From Octopus vulgaris (taxonomy: Eukaryota), in contig OX597814.1 of assembly GCA_951406725.2 (NCBI GenBank), forward strand, positions 187,426,001 to 187,490,000: DNA of 64,000 nt, read 5' to 3'. Under the pieces are notes generated by a model. It was not told the origin of the DNA, searched no databases, and saw nothing but the letters and a program-made list of their open reading frames with translations. Both the position numbers and the translations under genes were made by a program. Shown here one piece after another: positions 1-14,203 of this stretch; positions within the stretch are counted from its first letter, which is position 1; every line of letters begins with the position of its first letter.

Positions 1-277
1 GTTGTTTTTCTTCAATTTCTGCAATTTCAACCAATCACTGACGTCTATTGAGGTAAAAACATTCTGTGCCGTATGAATATGTCCCTTGTTTAAGAAACAG
101 ATTGCGTTTATTTACATTTGTGAAGAAAAAAAGATACCATTCCCCCCAGCCCTAACTCTAACTAACCCTAACCCTAAAACAGATAGAAATGCAATAGATC
201 GATACTAGGGTCATAATTATGGGTGACAATTTCATATGACACCGCTAGAAAAAACTGCCGTTCAAACGAAAAGATCC
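1..277 (-). mobile_element. Non-autonomous TIR element (MITE) with internal telomere-like repeats, cut by window edge
   Basis: Reverse-complement copy of 29880-~30170. Ends in the TIR aaaactgccgttcaaacgaaaagatcc and contains ccctaa-like units at ~150-177. Confidence 0.85.
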
Positions 278-904
278 ACAATGTGAATAAATAAGCATTA
301 CATTTGACAGAGTAATCTGAATGTAAAAGGATTAAAATTAAAGCTTTAGTTTTTTGGAGAAAAAAAAAAATAATAATAATAACTTCTACATTTATACCCA
401 AAGAAAAATGGGATAAACCATTAGTGTTGACCTACTTAAAATATTTATCAGCTGATTAAACTTTTGCTTTTGTCAATAAAGACATATATGGTAGGTCATA
501 CTGATATATTTGCTTAATTGGGTACATGTCAATTATTTATCTTCTTTCTTTTTTCCTTTCTCTTCTAATATATTCCACTTTTGTGTCAGAGAAAACTATA
601 AGTTCATAGTATACGCAATACCATTCACAGGTTTTAAAAAATGGATTTCGCAAACTTACTGCTTAATTGAGAGATAACAAATTTTATTCAACCGATCAAA
701 CATGTAAAATAAATTTCCTCTCCTGTTACATATGCAGTACAAACAGAACAGTAATTCACAATTAAGAGGACAGCATTTTGTTTTGTTTTTGTTTTTTAAA
801 TATTCTTTCTGAAAAGCCATGATCTGGCTTTTGTAAATTTGGTATAGCAAACCACAAAGAAGATTATTTGACAATTTTTACAACTTAGATTCATTTCCAA
901 ACAC

Positions 905-1101
905 ATGCAGGTGGCACGTAAAAAGCACCCACTACACTCGTGGGGTGGTTGGCGTTAGGAAGGGCATCCAGCTGTAGAAACTCTGCCAGATCAGACTGGA
1001 GCCTGGTGCAGCCCCTGGCTTCCCAGACCCTGGTCGAACCGTCCAACCCATGCTAGCGCAGAAAACGGACGTTAAACGATGATGATGATGATGATGATGA
1101 T
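905..1101 (+). mobile_element. RTE LINE 3'-end copy with (GAT)n tail
   Basis: Matches the 3' region attached to the RTE ORF remnant (59270-59478). CpGs are retained, suggesting a young copy. Confidence 0.8.
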
Positions 1102-2072
1102 AGAAACTAAATTACCAAGGAAAGTATTTCGGGAGAAAAAAGCCACATCATCATCATATTTTTACAACCATGCTGATATGGGTTACACTGGTCTCACAGC
1201 ATCTTATCATTTGTTGCATTTCTTCCTCACCTGGCATAAACAGATGAAACCAACTATTTATGTTGTTTCTTATATGCTGTGTGTGTTTTTGTGCATGGGT
1301 ACACACACACACATATGCATATATAAATATACACACATTTCTTTGTTTATTCATTTAACACCTGTTTTCTCAAGCTATCATAAGCTGGATGAAGACTTAT
1401 CATTGAGACACTGTTTTACAACTGGATGCCCTTCCTAACCCTTACTGCTTTTCAAATAAAGAATGTTTTTTTCGCTTTTTTTTTTTAAAATTCCACTTCC
1501 CTTCAAAAGCACAGAGTTATGAGGTAATTTCTTAACAGAAAACATCAATATAAAGTCCTTGCCTGAGTAGTTTCATGTAAAGATAGTATACAAGCATTCA
1601 TTTAGACACAAACAAGTGCACATGCACATGTGCACACAGACACACACACAACCTTCTACACAGTTTCTGCCTATCAATTCTACTCAATTTTACAAGGCAT
1701 TAAATGGCCTAAGTCTCCATTAGAAAACCACTGCCCTGAGTGCTATACAGTGTGACAAGAAGTCAGAACCAGCAGGGAGCCATGCCTGTACATTTGTACC
1801 CAAGTATCTGTATCTATCTATGTATCTATCATCAACAGTGCTGCCTTAACGTCCACTTTTTCTGTGGTTGCATGAGCAAGACAGAATTTGTTGAGGTAGA
1901 TTTCCTATAGCTACATTATGCCCTTCCTGTTGCCAACCTGCACCTGCTTCCTAACAAGGTCATAACTTCCCTATGATCTGGAATATTTTCATAAGAGATT
2001 GGAAATGAAGGATACTGCTTGTATCCTCCAGTTTCTTTCAACCAAATCCACTCAAATGGCTTCGTTCATTGT

Positions 2073-2362
2073 TCATCGTTTAACGTCCACTTTCCATGTT
2101 ATCATGGGTTGGACGATTCTGACTGAGGGCTGGCAAACCAGATGGCTGCACCAGGCTCCAATCTTGATCTGGCAGAGTTTCTACAGCTGGATGCCCTTCC
2201 TAACGCCAACCACTCCGAGAGTGTAGTGGGTGCTTTTTATGTGCCACCGGCACAAGGGCCAGTCAGGCAGTACTAGCAATGACCTTGCTCGAATTTTTTT
2301 ACACATGCCACCAGCACAGGTGCCAGTAAGGTGACATTGGTAACGATCACGCTCGAATGGTG
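2073..2362 (-). mobile_element. RTE LINE 3'-end copy
   Basis: catcgtttaacgtccactttccatg...ctacagctggatgcccttcctaacgccaaccac; nearly identical to 13938-14159 and 35142-35515. Confidence 0.8.
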
Positions 2363-3604
2363 AGCTATAGTACAAGATACTTGCTCAGGCACCATGCAGC
2401 AAAATTGAACCTGAAACCACATAACTAGGAAGTGTACTTCTTAATTGTGTCATGCTTGCACTTCACACAGACGTACACACACAAATAACCAAGAATTTCT
2501 TATGAGAAAGCTTTGAATGTATTAAGTGCATCAAAATAATGTTATTTCTTTTAACACCACTTAAAAATTACCCAAGAACATCATGTGTAAATTATCATAG
2601 CCGCATCAAATTCAAAAGACATATATGTGACAAACTATATGTAATAAAGCCATAGCTAATATTGTGTTTTTAAAACAATTATGGATTATTTGCAACCAGA
2701 TTATATATACAGCCTATTTGTGGCAGTGGTGGTGGTAGAAGCAGTAGCATTTTAAATAATATTTATTACAACAAAAATTAAGTGGAGAACAAAAGAGCAA
2801 GGAATGAGAATATGCAAAAGGTATAAAAATTGAAGTAGATAAAACCGAAAATAAAATGAAAAGGTGGGGAAATATTAGTGCTATGAAGAGGTGTATATAT
2901 TATTATAGTTGCATCTAATTCAAAGGCAGGGCTTGCTACGGACAGGTATATAAATAAGATGGTGCTACAACAGAAGCAGTGAAAACTGAGAACTAGCATT
3001 TAGGTTTAATGATGTTATGTAAGATCATTATGCAATCATTTGATAACAGATATGTTTGTTGCACATATCAATAATCAATAAAAGAGTCGTATCTCATAAT
3101 GATAGATAAATATATGGATAGTTTAACAGTAGAACTGTATGTGAATTATGTAATTGAAATTTAGGTAAATGATCTGTAACTTTCACTGTAGCCTTTGTTT
3201 CCATAAAAGGTATACATATTAGCACCCATGGAAATCACCCAAAATTTTTAGCACATCTGATATTTTCTTTAAAAAACAAATTTTTCTTTCTTTTTTTTTT
3301 ATATTCTTTAGTCAGGAGGGAAGTGCCATACCTTTTTATAGAGACTCTGAGAGGGAAAAAGGCATCATCAAATTGGAAACCAGACCTAAATACTTGCAAT
3401 AGAGCGGTGGTCTCTGTTAAAGGCACCCAAAATGCTGGATAGTGGTTATATCTATTAAGTAGGCCACAGTGAGGTCTGAATTCAGAACACTGAGAGTAAG
3501 AACAAATATTACAAAGTATCTCGTTTGATACTAACATTTCCTTTAATCAAGGGCTTTGCAGACCAATATCAAGCCACGGATCAGTGCAATATATATATAT
3601 TATA

Positions 3605-4128
3605 AGGCAGAATTGTTAGTGTGCTGGCATTTCTTCGGCTTTAAGTTCTAAGTTCAAATTCTGCCGAGGTCAACTCTGCCTTTCATCTTTATAAAGTCAA
3701 TAAAATAAGTACCAGTTGAACAATGGGGTCGATGTAATTGACTTATCTCCCCCAAAATTGCTATCCTTGTGCCAAAATTTGAAAGCAATATAAATATATC
3801 ACTATAGTAGAAGACACTTGCTCAAGGTGGTATGTAGTGGGACTGAACCTGGAACCAAGTGGTTGAGAAGCAAACTTCTTACCACACAGCCATACCGCTG
3901 TGTGTGTGTGGGGGGGGAGTGCACGTGTGTCCACCACCACCACCAACACTTGACAACCAGTGCTGGTGTGTTTATGGCCCTACAACTTAGATGTTTGGCA
4001 AAAGACACCAATATAAAATACCAGTCTTTAAAAAATAAGTGCTGGGGTCGATTTGCTCAAGTTAACCCTTCAAGGTAGTGCCCAAACATGGCAGCAGCCC
4101 AATGAGTGGAACAAGTAAAAGATAAAAA
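3605..4128. mobile_element. Cluster of SINE fragments (Nin/Deu-type core on +, tRNA-like head on -, SINE tail on +)
   Basis: gttcaaattctgccgaggtcaactctgcctttcatc...aagtaccagttg core, followed by tagtagaagacacttgctcaaggtg...accacacagcc and the tail ...gaacaagtaaaaga. Confidence 0.7.
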
Positions 4129-6224
4129 ATCACTAATCCACTGAAGAGAAATTTTGAAACAACATCATAGGTAAGGAACAGGAAAATGCAGAAATAGAAG
4201 AACTGATCCAACATGTTGTAAATAGTGTTAAATATTCAAACAGAGTTCAAATATCACCAATGTATTTCAATAAAAATTCATCTGATCAAATTCATAACAA
4301 TAATAATTTGAATTTTTCTTCATTTTTAAAACATTTTTTTTTTTTGAATTTTCAAAATTCTTAAACTGTCCTTTTCACATATTCTTTATAAACTACAACA
4401 ATCATTTAAATAATTTTTGCTTATCTTTTGTTTCCTTTTTAACCTTACAGGTAAATTAGAAATCTGTTATGAAACAAAGGCATTAGAAGATAAAATTTCA
4501 TTGCATTTTATTTAAGGACCAATTCTTATCAAAACATCATGATTTGCATTATGTCAGCAAAATCACTATTAAAAATTATGCCAGATTCATTGGTCATAGA
4601 ATTCATTTTAAGAAAATAATTCAAAATTTTCAAATAACAACAACAACAAAAAAAGAAAAGAAAAGAAAAAAGAATAGGATTAAGATGAATTATTTTCTGC
4701 TTTCAGAAATATTTCCTACCTCAAACATGTTGACAAAACCAAATACTTCATTTTTATTGTATAACTGTTCTCTCACTTTTTCTTTCATCTCTCTCTCTTA
4801 CACACACACACATGCATGCAATCTCTATCTTTGAAAACTAGACAACAAATTTGGCCTCAATCTATCCTCGCTAAGAGGAATTCAAGGTCAAACACATTCA
4901 AACATATTCTACTGTTAAAAGTTGCCTTTTTATTCTAATTGCAGCTTATTTCTATTCTGCATATTTATTTTCCTCCAAAGTAAATATAAAAGAGAAAAAG
5001 AAAACTCAAAAGCTCTGACCTCAAAAGAGTCGATTTTAGAGTTTATAATGCTACTGAAAACACATATTTCTGTGAAGCTATGCCAATGAGAATAATGAGC
5101 TGATGGTTAGGAAGCTTGCAAGATAGAATTAAAAGCAATGAATGAGAGGTGTAGTGAGGATATCAGTCTAAGAATAGCCTTTTAGTAAGGATGGATGGCA
5201 ACCTGATAAAATAGTCAAGTGGAAAAGCTAATGAGGAGTAATATTGGTGAGGATTGGTGGAGGGGGATGGGGGTAAAAATAACAATAACAACAACAACAA
5301 CAAATGTATCTAAGATATGAGAAGAAATGAGATGAAAAGAAGCCAAGAGAAGATATATGTAATATCTAATGAAGTAATGTCTGAAGAATACCTGAAAAAT
5401 CTAATCAGCTCTGTATTTTGTGGAAAAGTAAATAAAACATTCTTGTTTCATGTTGACATTTTTTAAAACCCAGAGTCATTATTTTTCAGAGAGCATAAAG
5501 AAATTTCAAATAGATTTGACATACAAATTATGCAGATCAGTATCAATGATGATGATGATGGTGGTGATTGTAGTGATGATGATGATGATGATGATAGTGA
5601 GGATAACGCTGTCAAAGTGGTAAAAGCAAGATAAAGAAAGTGCTCATACAGCATGAACACATGTAATAAGGACAGGATACATTTACAACTCACGAAGAGT
5701 ATCAGCGCAGTTATTCCAAACAAGGATTGAAATATAGATATATATTGAATTAGCCAAGAATTTAACCATTTTATGTTTGCCATAGAAACATTAATTCTTC
5801 TGTAGGCACAAATCCTGATATATTTTAAGATTGTTAGTAGGAAATTATGACAACAATAATAATGGTTCTTAACTCTGCCAGAGGGCCAAAATTGAGAGGA
5901 ATGGGTGTGGTTGACTTTATCACCCACCATGTATTACATTAAGCCTGGAAAGATAGAAGGCAGCTGACCACAGGGCAATTTGAACCCCAAACACAGAGGG
6001 ATATAAGATATTTTATTTACCCCACTCCCTATGTTTGTCATCTACAATAACAAAAACAATAATTTCTAACACAGGCATAAAGCCAGAATAGTTGATTACA
6101 TTGACTCCAGTTACATTGGTACTTTATTTTTATCAATTCCCAGAAAGATGGATGGTTAAGTTGGCCTTAACAAGATTTGAACTCAGAATGTAAAGAATCA
6201 GAACAAATAGCCAAATCCGCTCCT

Positions 6225-7465
6225 TACATGAAATCAGTAGTCTGGAAGGACAGTTTTGTCATTTGCATACATCTCAGACAAGTTCATCTCCTGGTACATT
6301 CATACCTGAAAAGCAAACCATGTGCAGGCAAACTCTCTCTGTGGTACTGCCAAACCAAGGACTTTTGGAAGTTGTCCATAATCCCCAACCTGAAAGTCCT
6401 CTACTACTCACTATATAATGTAAAGATATCTTTTCACCAACTATATTGTCCCACTGTAGCTAAGAGTAGTGAGCACTGGCAGTATTTCAGATGTCAAACA
6501 TTTAATCAAAGTAACAAATTGTGAAAAGATGTGTTGCACAAACTGTGACAACACCCATTCACCATTGTTGTCAAAGTAGTCTAGGAAATGTATCAGCCCT
6601 AGTAGAAGGTTGTCATAAGTAATTTCATCCCAAGACCTCACCATCACATGCAGTGAGTGTTGGCAGGAGATAGATTTCTTGACTAGAAAAACATGTCCTT
6701 TCTGCATAAAGTGAAAGAGTATGCATTCCAATCTGGTCAGGTATTACCTAAAATAAGGTACATTGGTCAACCTCTAGTAACCACTGAAGTGACGTTGGAG
6801 TTTCCCATTTCTGCATTTCAAAGACAATATCTCAGTTCATTTCTAAATGAAAGTGGCCACTCTACTCACGATCTTTTTTCAGTTTTATTTCTCTGCTTGG
6901 CAGTCTGGTCTGAATCAGACCATGAGCATCTTCATTAAACCCTTGGTCCAGTAACAGAAAGTACAGCTGGCTGACATGAGCTTGCTTCTCTATGTAGAGA
7001 GTTGCAACTCTACTATCTTCTCCTGTTTAATGTGTACTCTAGGTACACTTCTTGTATGATGCTAAACATCTCAATTTCAAAATTGTCCAATGTCATGACA
7101 GCAACACCATCCCTGAATACAGACACAATTCTTTTGTAACCCATTTAAAATAGGATGTCCCTCAACCTCTGTTATAAGAACTGCAGTACCAAAATATACA
7201 TAAGAGATGGACAACCTTTTGAGACTGAGGACCCAATACAAAACACTTCTGAAATGTGTGCATAGTAGTAATTCAGCTTCTGAAGATATGACTGAAACCA
7301 GCTGCTCTAAGTATAGTCACCAGTTTGTAATGATTGACTCATTGAAAGATTTAGGTTGGTTCAAATTGAGCAATGCTCTAATGAAGCCAATTCAATATCT
7401 AACCTATTCCAAAAAATGTCCCATGAGATAGTGATGCTTGAGGTTTCTATGCTTCCCACTGGTCA
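6225..7465 (-). mobile_element. Decayed L1/Tx1-clade LINE ORF2 (RT to C-terminal Cys-rich region)
   Basis: Minus-strand peptides with stops and frameshifts: ALLNLNQPKSFN (LDQxKAFD-like), ILRAAGFSHIFRS*I, SVSKGCPSLMYILVLQFL (QGCPLSP-like), VSVFRDGV (YADD-like), LTRLECILFHFMQKGHVFLVKKSISCQHS. Confidence 0.75.
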
Positions 7466-8599
7466 TATGCATTTCACAACCTATTCCTACTATAGTCATC
7501 ATCATCGTTTAACGTCTGCTTTCCATGCTAGCATGAGTTGGACGAGTCGACTGAGGACTGGCAAACCAGATGGCTGCACCAGGCTCCATAAGGATAATTT
7601 CTTAAGTATGTGTCACAACAGTATCTGATTCTATTGAGCGGATCAAGAGTCATGTTTGAAGGAAAAGAAGAAAGACAATAATTATAATAATCACTTTAAG
7701 TTATAACCTTGACTCAAGACCACAGATTTTAAAGGAGTGAATATATAGTCGCTTAAATCAACAGTTGCTTATTTTGTTAATGTCAGAAAGATGAAAGATG
7801 AAATTGAAGTAAATCAAAACCTTCAGGTATTTAGTTTAGCACTCTGTTGTTTTTGAGATAGCTTTGCTCTTATATTAGCAATAATTTCCTTCCTTTGGCA
7901 CATGTCTGATTTAATGGGAATAAAGAAGGTTTGATTGAAGTGACATAAAATTACTACTGGCAACTTATTTATAGATTTCAGAAGGATGATACTAATGGGA
8001 TTTGCATATTGAGTGGCGATTCAAAATATTTTATAAATAACAAAGAAGTTTTGTAGGAGAAAGGATAAAGTTATATATTGATCACTTTAAAGAGTTTCCG
8101 ATTGAGTAGAAATTCTCTGCTGAGGACTTCTTATAGCATGTCCAGTTGACTTAAAGATGAGACCCACTTTAAAATTGTATTTTCTAGAGTGTCCAAAAAT
8201 TTTGATGACCTGATCTTATTAGAGTTATTTCCCTTGTTTTTTTTTTTTTTATTATTATATTTCATATTTTAAATATATGTAGAGAGGCTCTTGTCTACCA
8301 ATTGCATAGATCTCATTTGTATTAAGGGCGTTTTTTTTAAAAAAAAAACTTATATTATCATCCATGTGAGACTCTATTTTATTTGTCTGGGTTTAGCAAT
8401 CAGAACACTCCAAAATAGTTTTTCAACCAAATTTTAAAATTGATGCTCTTATATTATGGGTATTTTCTTTTCTTACAGTTTATTGAAGAATACAAAGTTG
8501 GCACCAGAAGGATTTGATCTCAGCACTACAAGATGCCATAAATTTACCAGAGAATTAAATACATCTAAATAGTGGCAGTAAAGGTGGTTATGATGTTGA

Positions 8600-9520
8600 T
8601 GGTGGTTATGATCTTGTCGGATAGGAAGAGAAATCATTCGTGGGGGGAGGGGGAATCTTTATCGCTTTTCATATGGGTTGGTGGATGCATGTATATGGAT
8701 GCTAAAACATGTTTCATCACAAATAGATTAACATATACGCACATAATAACGCACACTAGTATATGTGAGGAGGCGCACGCACGCACACACACAAACACAC
8801 TCACACAAACACATACACACACGCACGCGCGCATACGTTTCTGTTTCTCTCTGAAAAATAAAAGTTATCTAGCTGACGAGAAACAAAAATCAATATTGCC
8901 ATAACTGACAAAACAAGTCGAGCTGGCCTTCATTTAGAAAAATGAAAGAAAGAAGAGAAAAAAAACAACAACCTCACAAACAAACAAACACAAAAAAAAA
9001 TCTGAATAATCGCTATGACTACATTTGATAATTCACTACTTCCCAAAATCACAATCTTCGAAGATTTTATTCACACGACTAAAAATTTTGCTGCCACAAA
9101 ATTGTTCTGTGAAAAATGGCTTTAAAAAATTCATACGTAAAATGATGTAAGGGAGGTAACTTTTTGTTACCGGTCGAAGATTATTTCAAAAGCTATCACG
9201 TAATTCCAAGCGAACGGTGATGGTGCAGAGATAGATCTATCAGCAAATCCATAATATCTGCGACCACATCACCTTTTCCTTTCCTTCTTCTTTCACTCCG
9301 GGCTAAGTGTATCTCGGACTATTACTTCTACTGTGTCCGTTCTTTATTTCTAAAGCAGTGGGTTGTGATATGAGTGGATTTTGGCTGCTCATTAATAAAA
9401 TGGCGTCGTTGGAAAAGAAATGAAACGGATTTCTTTCATAGAACAATTGACTTCAATAGGTTAGATACCAGCTAGAGGGTAACTACCCGGTATTCATGGA
9501 GGAAAGAACGGAAATTAATC
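8600..9520. promoter_or_regulatory. CpG-retaining, promoter/enhancer-like island
   Basis: Visibly many CpGs in mostly non-transposon sequence against a CpG-depleted background. YY1-like AAAATGGCG at 9397-9405. Possible minus-strand donor AC|GTATGC at 8837/8836. Confidence 0.4.
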
Positions 9521-11049
9521 TACTTGTTTAATTCTTATTTATTTGCTGTCAGAGAAACCATGTTGTGTTGACCTAGCCTGAAAAATCCAGGTCACTAAGT
9601 TTTGTAGTTTCCTTGTATCTTAAGATTAAACAAACATTCCTTCTATAAGCTTTTTTAGAAGAACGATACTCTAACCATGCGGCCATGCAGTAACTTGTAT
9701 ACTAACAATTGACTATCAATATTTCTTGACAGCAATGATCTAAATGCTTGACAGAAGTTAAGTCCAAGCCCATTGGTTCAGAGTTCAAGTGTTGCCTCCG
9801 GGGTGGGGGGGATTTTTTTTTTTTTTCACTTTTCAAGAGTAAAAAAAAACTATGATATTGTTTTACTTGTTTCAGTCATTTAAAGCTAACTTAATGAATC
9901 TTACATGAACCCTAGTGCTTTCCCTATAAAAATTTTGATCCCCTTTCCTAGCCATGTTAGGGTGAGGTAGGGTGGTGGGTGGTGAAAACAGAAGGGTACC
10001 GAAAATAAACGGTTAGCAGAATTCAGTTTCATTCATTTCGGCTACAAGTTCAAATCTCATCAGGGCCTGACTTTTTATTCCATTTTAACTAGCGGCCTAA
10101 CTATACAATAAGATAACAGAGTTTTTTATCCCGCAATTAAAACCACTCTTTTCCCCCTTGCTAAAAAACAAATCGATAATCTTGCCAAGCGGCAATGCCT
10201 GAAAATATTAAGATTCACATAAACTAATTAGCAGGACATCCACTTGATGCAGGTTATTTTGCCAGTGTCAAAGGGAGGAAAGAAAAGAGGACAGGGGTTG
10301 TAAAATCAGTAGCTTTCTTTGACACTTAGTTTGATATGAATTTATTTTGTTTCAGGTTTTTTGTTTTTTTTAGATTTAGCATTTCATTAATAATTTGAAA
10401 TAACTTCAGAATTTTATTTTGCATATTTTTTTTTAAACACAACATTTTATTATTGTCTCATCTTTAAGAGGATTATGATGGTGTTGAACAAATAAAGGCT
10501 TGTTACCCATTCCCAGTTGCCAATTAGTACTAAACTGTTCTCATCAATAATAACCAGTCAACAAAAACAAAATTAAATAGAAAGAGGGAGAGGGAGGGAG
10601 AGAGAGAGAGAGAGAGAGGGAGAGAGGGAGAGAGAGAGATTGCTAATTGAAATGATGCTATTTTAATTCATAATTCAATATTTTATTATTGAGCTATCAT
10701 CTAGCCGAATACATGAATCAGCATCACAATCATCTTTCACATAATCATCATTATCATTACTACCACCATTAACAAAATCACCACCAACCTCCCTCACTGC
10801 AGACACCAACACAAAGGCTACCACCACCACCACCACCACTACACCACCAACATAACCATTACCACTGTTAATTTCAAACGCTGCTGCTGCCACCACCAAC
10901 CACTACCACTGCCACCACTGCTGTTGCCCCCACCAACTAATACATCACTAACACTATTACCACCATGGCCATGCTTACTACCACCCTAATAATCATAACA
11001 GATTTAACAAATTCTCCTGTGCATCAGTTATAGAAAGGCTTACATAACA

Positions 11050-11750
11050 ACAGAAGAATCATGAGAACTGTTAAGTAAGAAGAAATAGTTTGAGTTGATT
11101 CCAGTTAGATTGAAAATAACAGATAAGGTGTTCGCTGGTGAGCCATGATATGAAGTAGAGACAGAAGTTTCAAAGTTGTTCATTGGAAGAGACATATTTC
11201 CTTTGATGAAAGACTCCCCGATATATGTTAGTCTCTATACTTTACATCATAGCATACCAACATATACCTTTTCTAATTCTAGTGCAGAACAAACACCATT
11301 GCACTTTGGAAGAGATGGTTTTGGAACAAGTACCAATTTGTTAGAAAGCATAATTAACAACTCACTCACTGGTTTGAAAGATTGTTGATTATAAACAGAT
11401 TATTAAACTGGATGAAAATAAAATGACATAACCAGGTGCAAGCAATGCTTGATATAAATATCTTTTACAAAATCCAGTTTATGAGAAAAGATCACTCTGC
11501 AGTTAGTTTATGGAGCTGCATAACAAATTCGAGTCTTAAAACACCAGTTCAGTAAGAGAACAGTTGTATAATGAGTGCTTATTGTTTGTCTATTAACATT
11601 TCACTACAGGAGATGTCAGATAATTAAGCTCTCAGATGGCTTACAGTAATATTAAATCAACTTGACTTGTAAGCTTAGGAGCAACATCCTAATCACTGAA
11701 CCAGACTAGTTCTTCAATAAATGAAATAAAGCTAAATGAAAGACAATTTT
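11050..11750 (+). mobile_element. Possible highly decayed hAT (Charlie/Buster-like) transposase remnant
   Basis: Weak motif echoes in the expected order: FQLD..TD (QLDESTD-like) ~11099, GRDIF ~11185, RWL ~11635. Many stops. Confidence 0.3.
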
Positions 11751-12949
11751 AACTATAAATAGATGGATATACTAGTTATAGCTAGAAAATGCTTAGATTT
11801 TGAAAGGTTTCCTACTTGCTTCCTTTTTTTGTTTTTTTATTAATCTTAGAGGGAGGAAAATAATGGACTTATAGCTGTGTCCTCCAGTAGTAGTACATCA
11901 AGTTGGGTTTGTGAAGTTTAATATATTTACTTATATGTCTATAGGTTATGTGAAAAAGTTACATATACCAACATAGAATAAGGTTATAGATTCAGGCAAA
12001 CAGTGCCTGAATAGGATGAAATAAAAGTGATGAAAAGAGGTTAATTAATGATGCACATAATCATGTTAGCATGTGTGGAATGAAATCAAAGAGTTCTGAA
12101 GAATTTGGATCCATTATGAGAAAAGACAAAAAGAAGCAGTCAGAATAGTAAATTTAAAGGCAGATATAGATTTACCAATTAAGTAGAGTGGTACTTGTAA
12201 ATTTTTAATTAATATGGTAATATTTCAAGATAATAGAGATGTGAAAGACATCTTTATCTAACTCCAACCCCATAACATTAACATGGGTGATCTTCTTGCA
12301 CCCCCCACCCCAACACAGGCCAGTCTGTTTACATCTCTTTTATGAGTATCAAAATGGTTGTTTGGCTAGCCTCTTAAAAATTGTAGCCAAATCCCCTTCA
12401 AAGGAAAAAAGAAAGAACATAGACAGTGGTTTTGGGTTCCCTGCATATAGTTAAAAAATGGCATGGTCACACATGGAATATCTTTGATCATCAGTTTGCT
12501 TAATCATGGTTAAACTGGGGTTAAAAACAACAGCATCTCTAAGAAATATCCCAACATAGGACACTAAGCACATATCCACAATCTTCTCACAAGATAGCAC
12601 CTCCATAAGGTTGCTCAGTAGAATGATGTATCTAAAGAATTCTGAAGAAAGTCAATAGTAAAAAGACTTAAGATCCAGATGGGATTTCAGCAAAAAGTAG
12701 TTTGGAAGGTTAACTACACACACAATTCCTTCAACTATTATTTTTCCCATTTAGAATAAATTAAGACTAATCTCTTCCAATGACTGCTTCTCCGAAGTTG
12801 TCAAACAATATATCTTTTCTTGAATCACAAATGAATAAAAAGTAAGACTGTTTGCAACTAACATAGTTATAGGTAGGAATATTTTATTTGCTATTAACTA
12901 ATTGTTTTAACTGAAGTACTAAGCAAACATTCAAAGAAACTTGTCAGCT

Positions 12950-13330
12950 GAAATCTTGTAGTAATATTGAATTTCTCAAAAGCCCTTATTAACATTACCA
13001 AATTACAACCTTATTGTTTGTTTACAATCTCATGTATATCACTCAATTCTTATACTTTCAATATGTAACAGCATATAAGGGTAATATATCTGTGGAAACA
13101 CTTGTTAAAGGGAGGTGTCCTACAAAGTGTGCAACTCAGACGGCTGATATGTCTGTGGTCCTCCTCAATGATGCCTTCATGTGTGAAAAAAAAATGGACT
13201 TTGAAACCACTTGTTTTAAAATATGTTGGTGATATGACCTTGTTGAAAACAGTGTACATAAACAGTCTTATCAAGATATGTAAGGTCATTTAAATTTGTT
13301 ACAATCTTGAGCTCATTCAAACAGAATGGC
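12950..13330 (+). mobile_element. Decayed CR1/L2-like LINE reverse transcriptase fragment
   Basis: ILNFSKA (DFSKAFD-like), GGVLQSVQL (GVPQG-like) and LKYVGDMTL (YVDD-like) occur in order. Confidence 0.55.
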
Positions 13331-13937
13331 CCTGATATTAAATTCCACCCCCAAAAAAGAAAAAGAAAATAAAGGGAGAAAAACATTAACCAGTAACTTT
13401 AAAAATTCTCCCTAAAGTAAAAGCATCAACTAAATTTATCAGCTGAAAATGGTGGGTGTAGTTTTCTCCAAAAATTTCAAGTGGGATAAGCATGAATGCA
13501 AATTTAACAGTAAAAATGATTTATCCTGAAAATCCTGAAGAAATTTAATCTTTCTGTTAATGAACAAGTAATTATTTACATAGGCTTAGAACAATATTAG
13601 AATATGTTATTTCAGTCTTCAATTCGGGTCTGAGGTATAAAACAACTCAGAGAATAAGAAGGGGTAAGTCCCCCTCCCCCACTCTCTCTCACGCACACAC
13701 AGCAAAATAATTTGTTTGTACTGAGAACAATCCTGAAACATTCTTTAACTGCTGACTTGTTTTCAGGTAGTAAAACAACAGGAACAAGCCAGACTTTAAT
13801 TTGGGAATCTCACATGCAGTTATGAGGCCCATGTAGATGTAACAAGCAACTTTCTTAACTCCCTTGTAAAATGAATAAGTAATGGAAACAGTCTAATTCA
13901 ATATTCTCTTGAATGTATGAATGCATCAGGTATGTGT

Positions 13938-14157
13938 ATCATCATCATCATCATTTAACGTCTGCTTTCCATGCTAGCATGGGTTGGACGATTTTGACTG
14001 AGGGCTGGCGAACCAGGTGGCTGCACCAGGCTCCAATCTTGATTTGGCAGAGTTTCTACAGCTGGATGCCCTTCCTAATGCCAACCACTCTGAGAGTGTA
14101 GTGGGTGCTTTTTACGTGCCACTGGCACGGGGACCAGTCAGGCGGTACTGGCAACGA

Positions 14158-14200
<43 letters not shown>
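13938..14200 (-). mobile_element. RTE LINE 3'-end copy truncated at an (AT)n tract
   Basis: Same family as 2073-2362; (AT)n at 14160-14200. Confidence 0.8.

Positions 14201-14203
<3 letters not shown>

Noticed and set aside
4410-4460. Pyrimidine tract plus CAG|GTAAAT resembling a recursive splice site
   Set aside because: It is on the plus strand, antisense to the only gene found, and such motifs arise by chance in T-rich DNA.
5463-5930. 155-aa minus-strand hydrophobic ORF
   Set aside because: Spans a (GAT)n microsatellite and a SINE fragment; no family signal.
8151-8470. Possible Kolobok-like MITE (ttaaagatgagacccac start)
   Set aside because: The right terminus is too degenerate and there is no second copy in the window.
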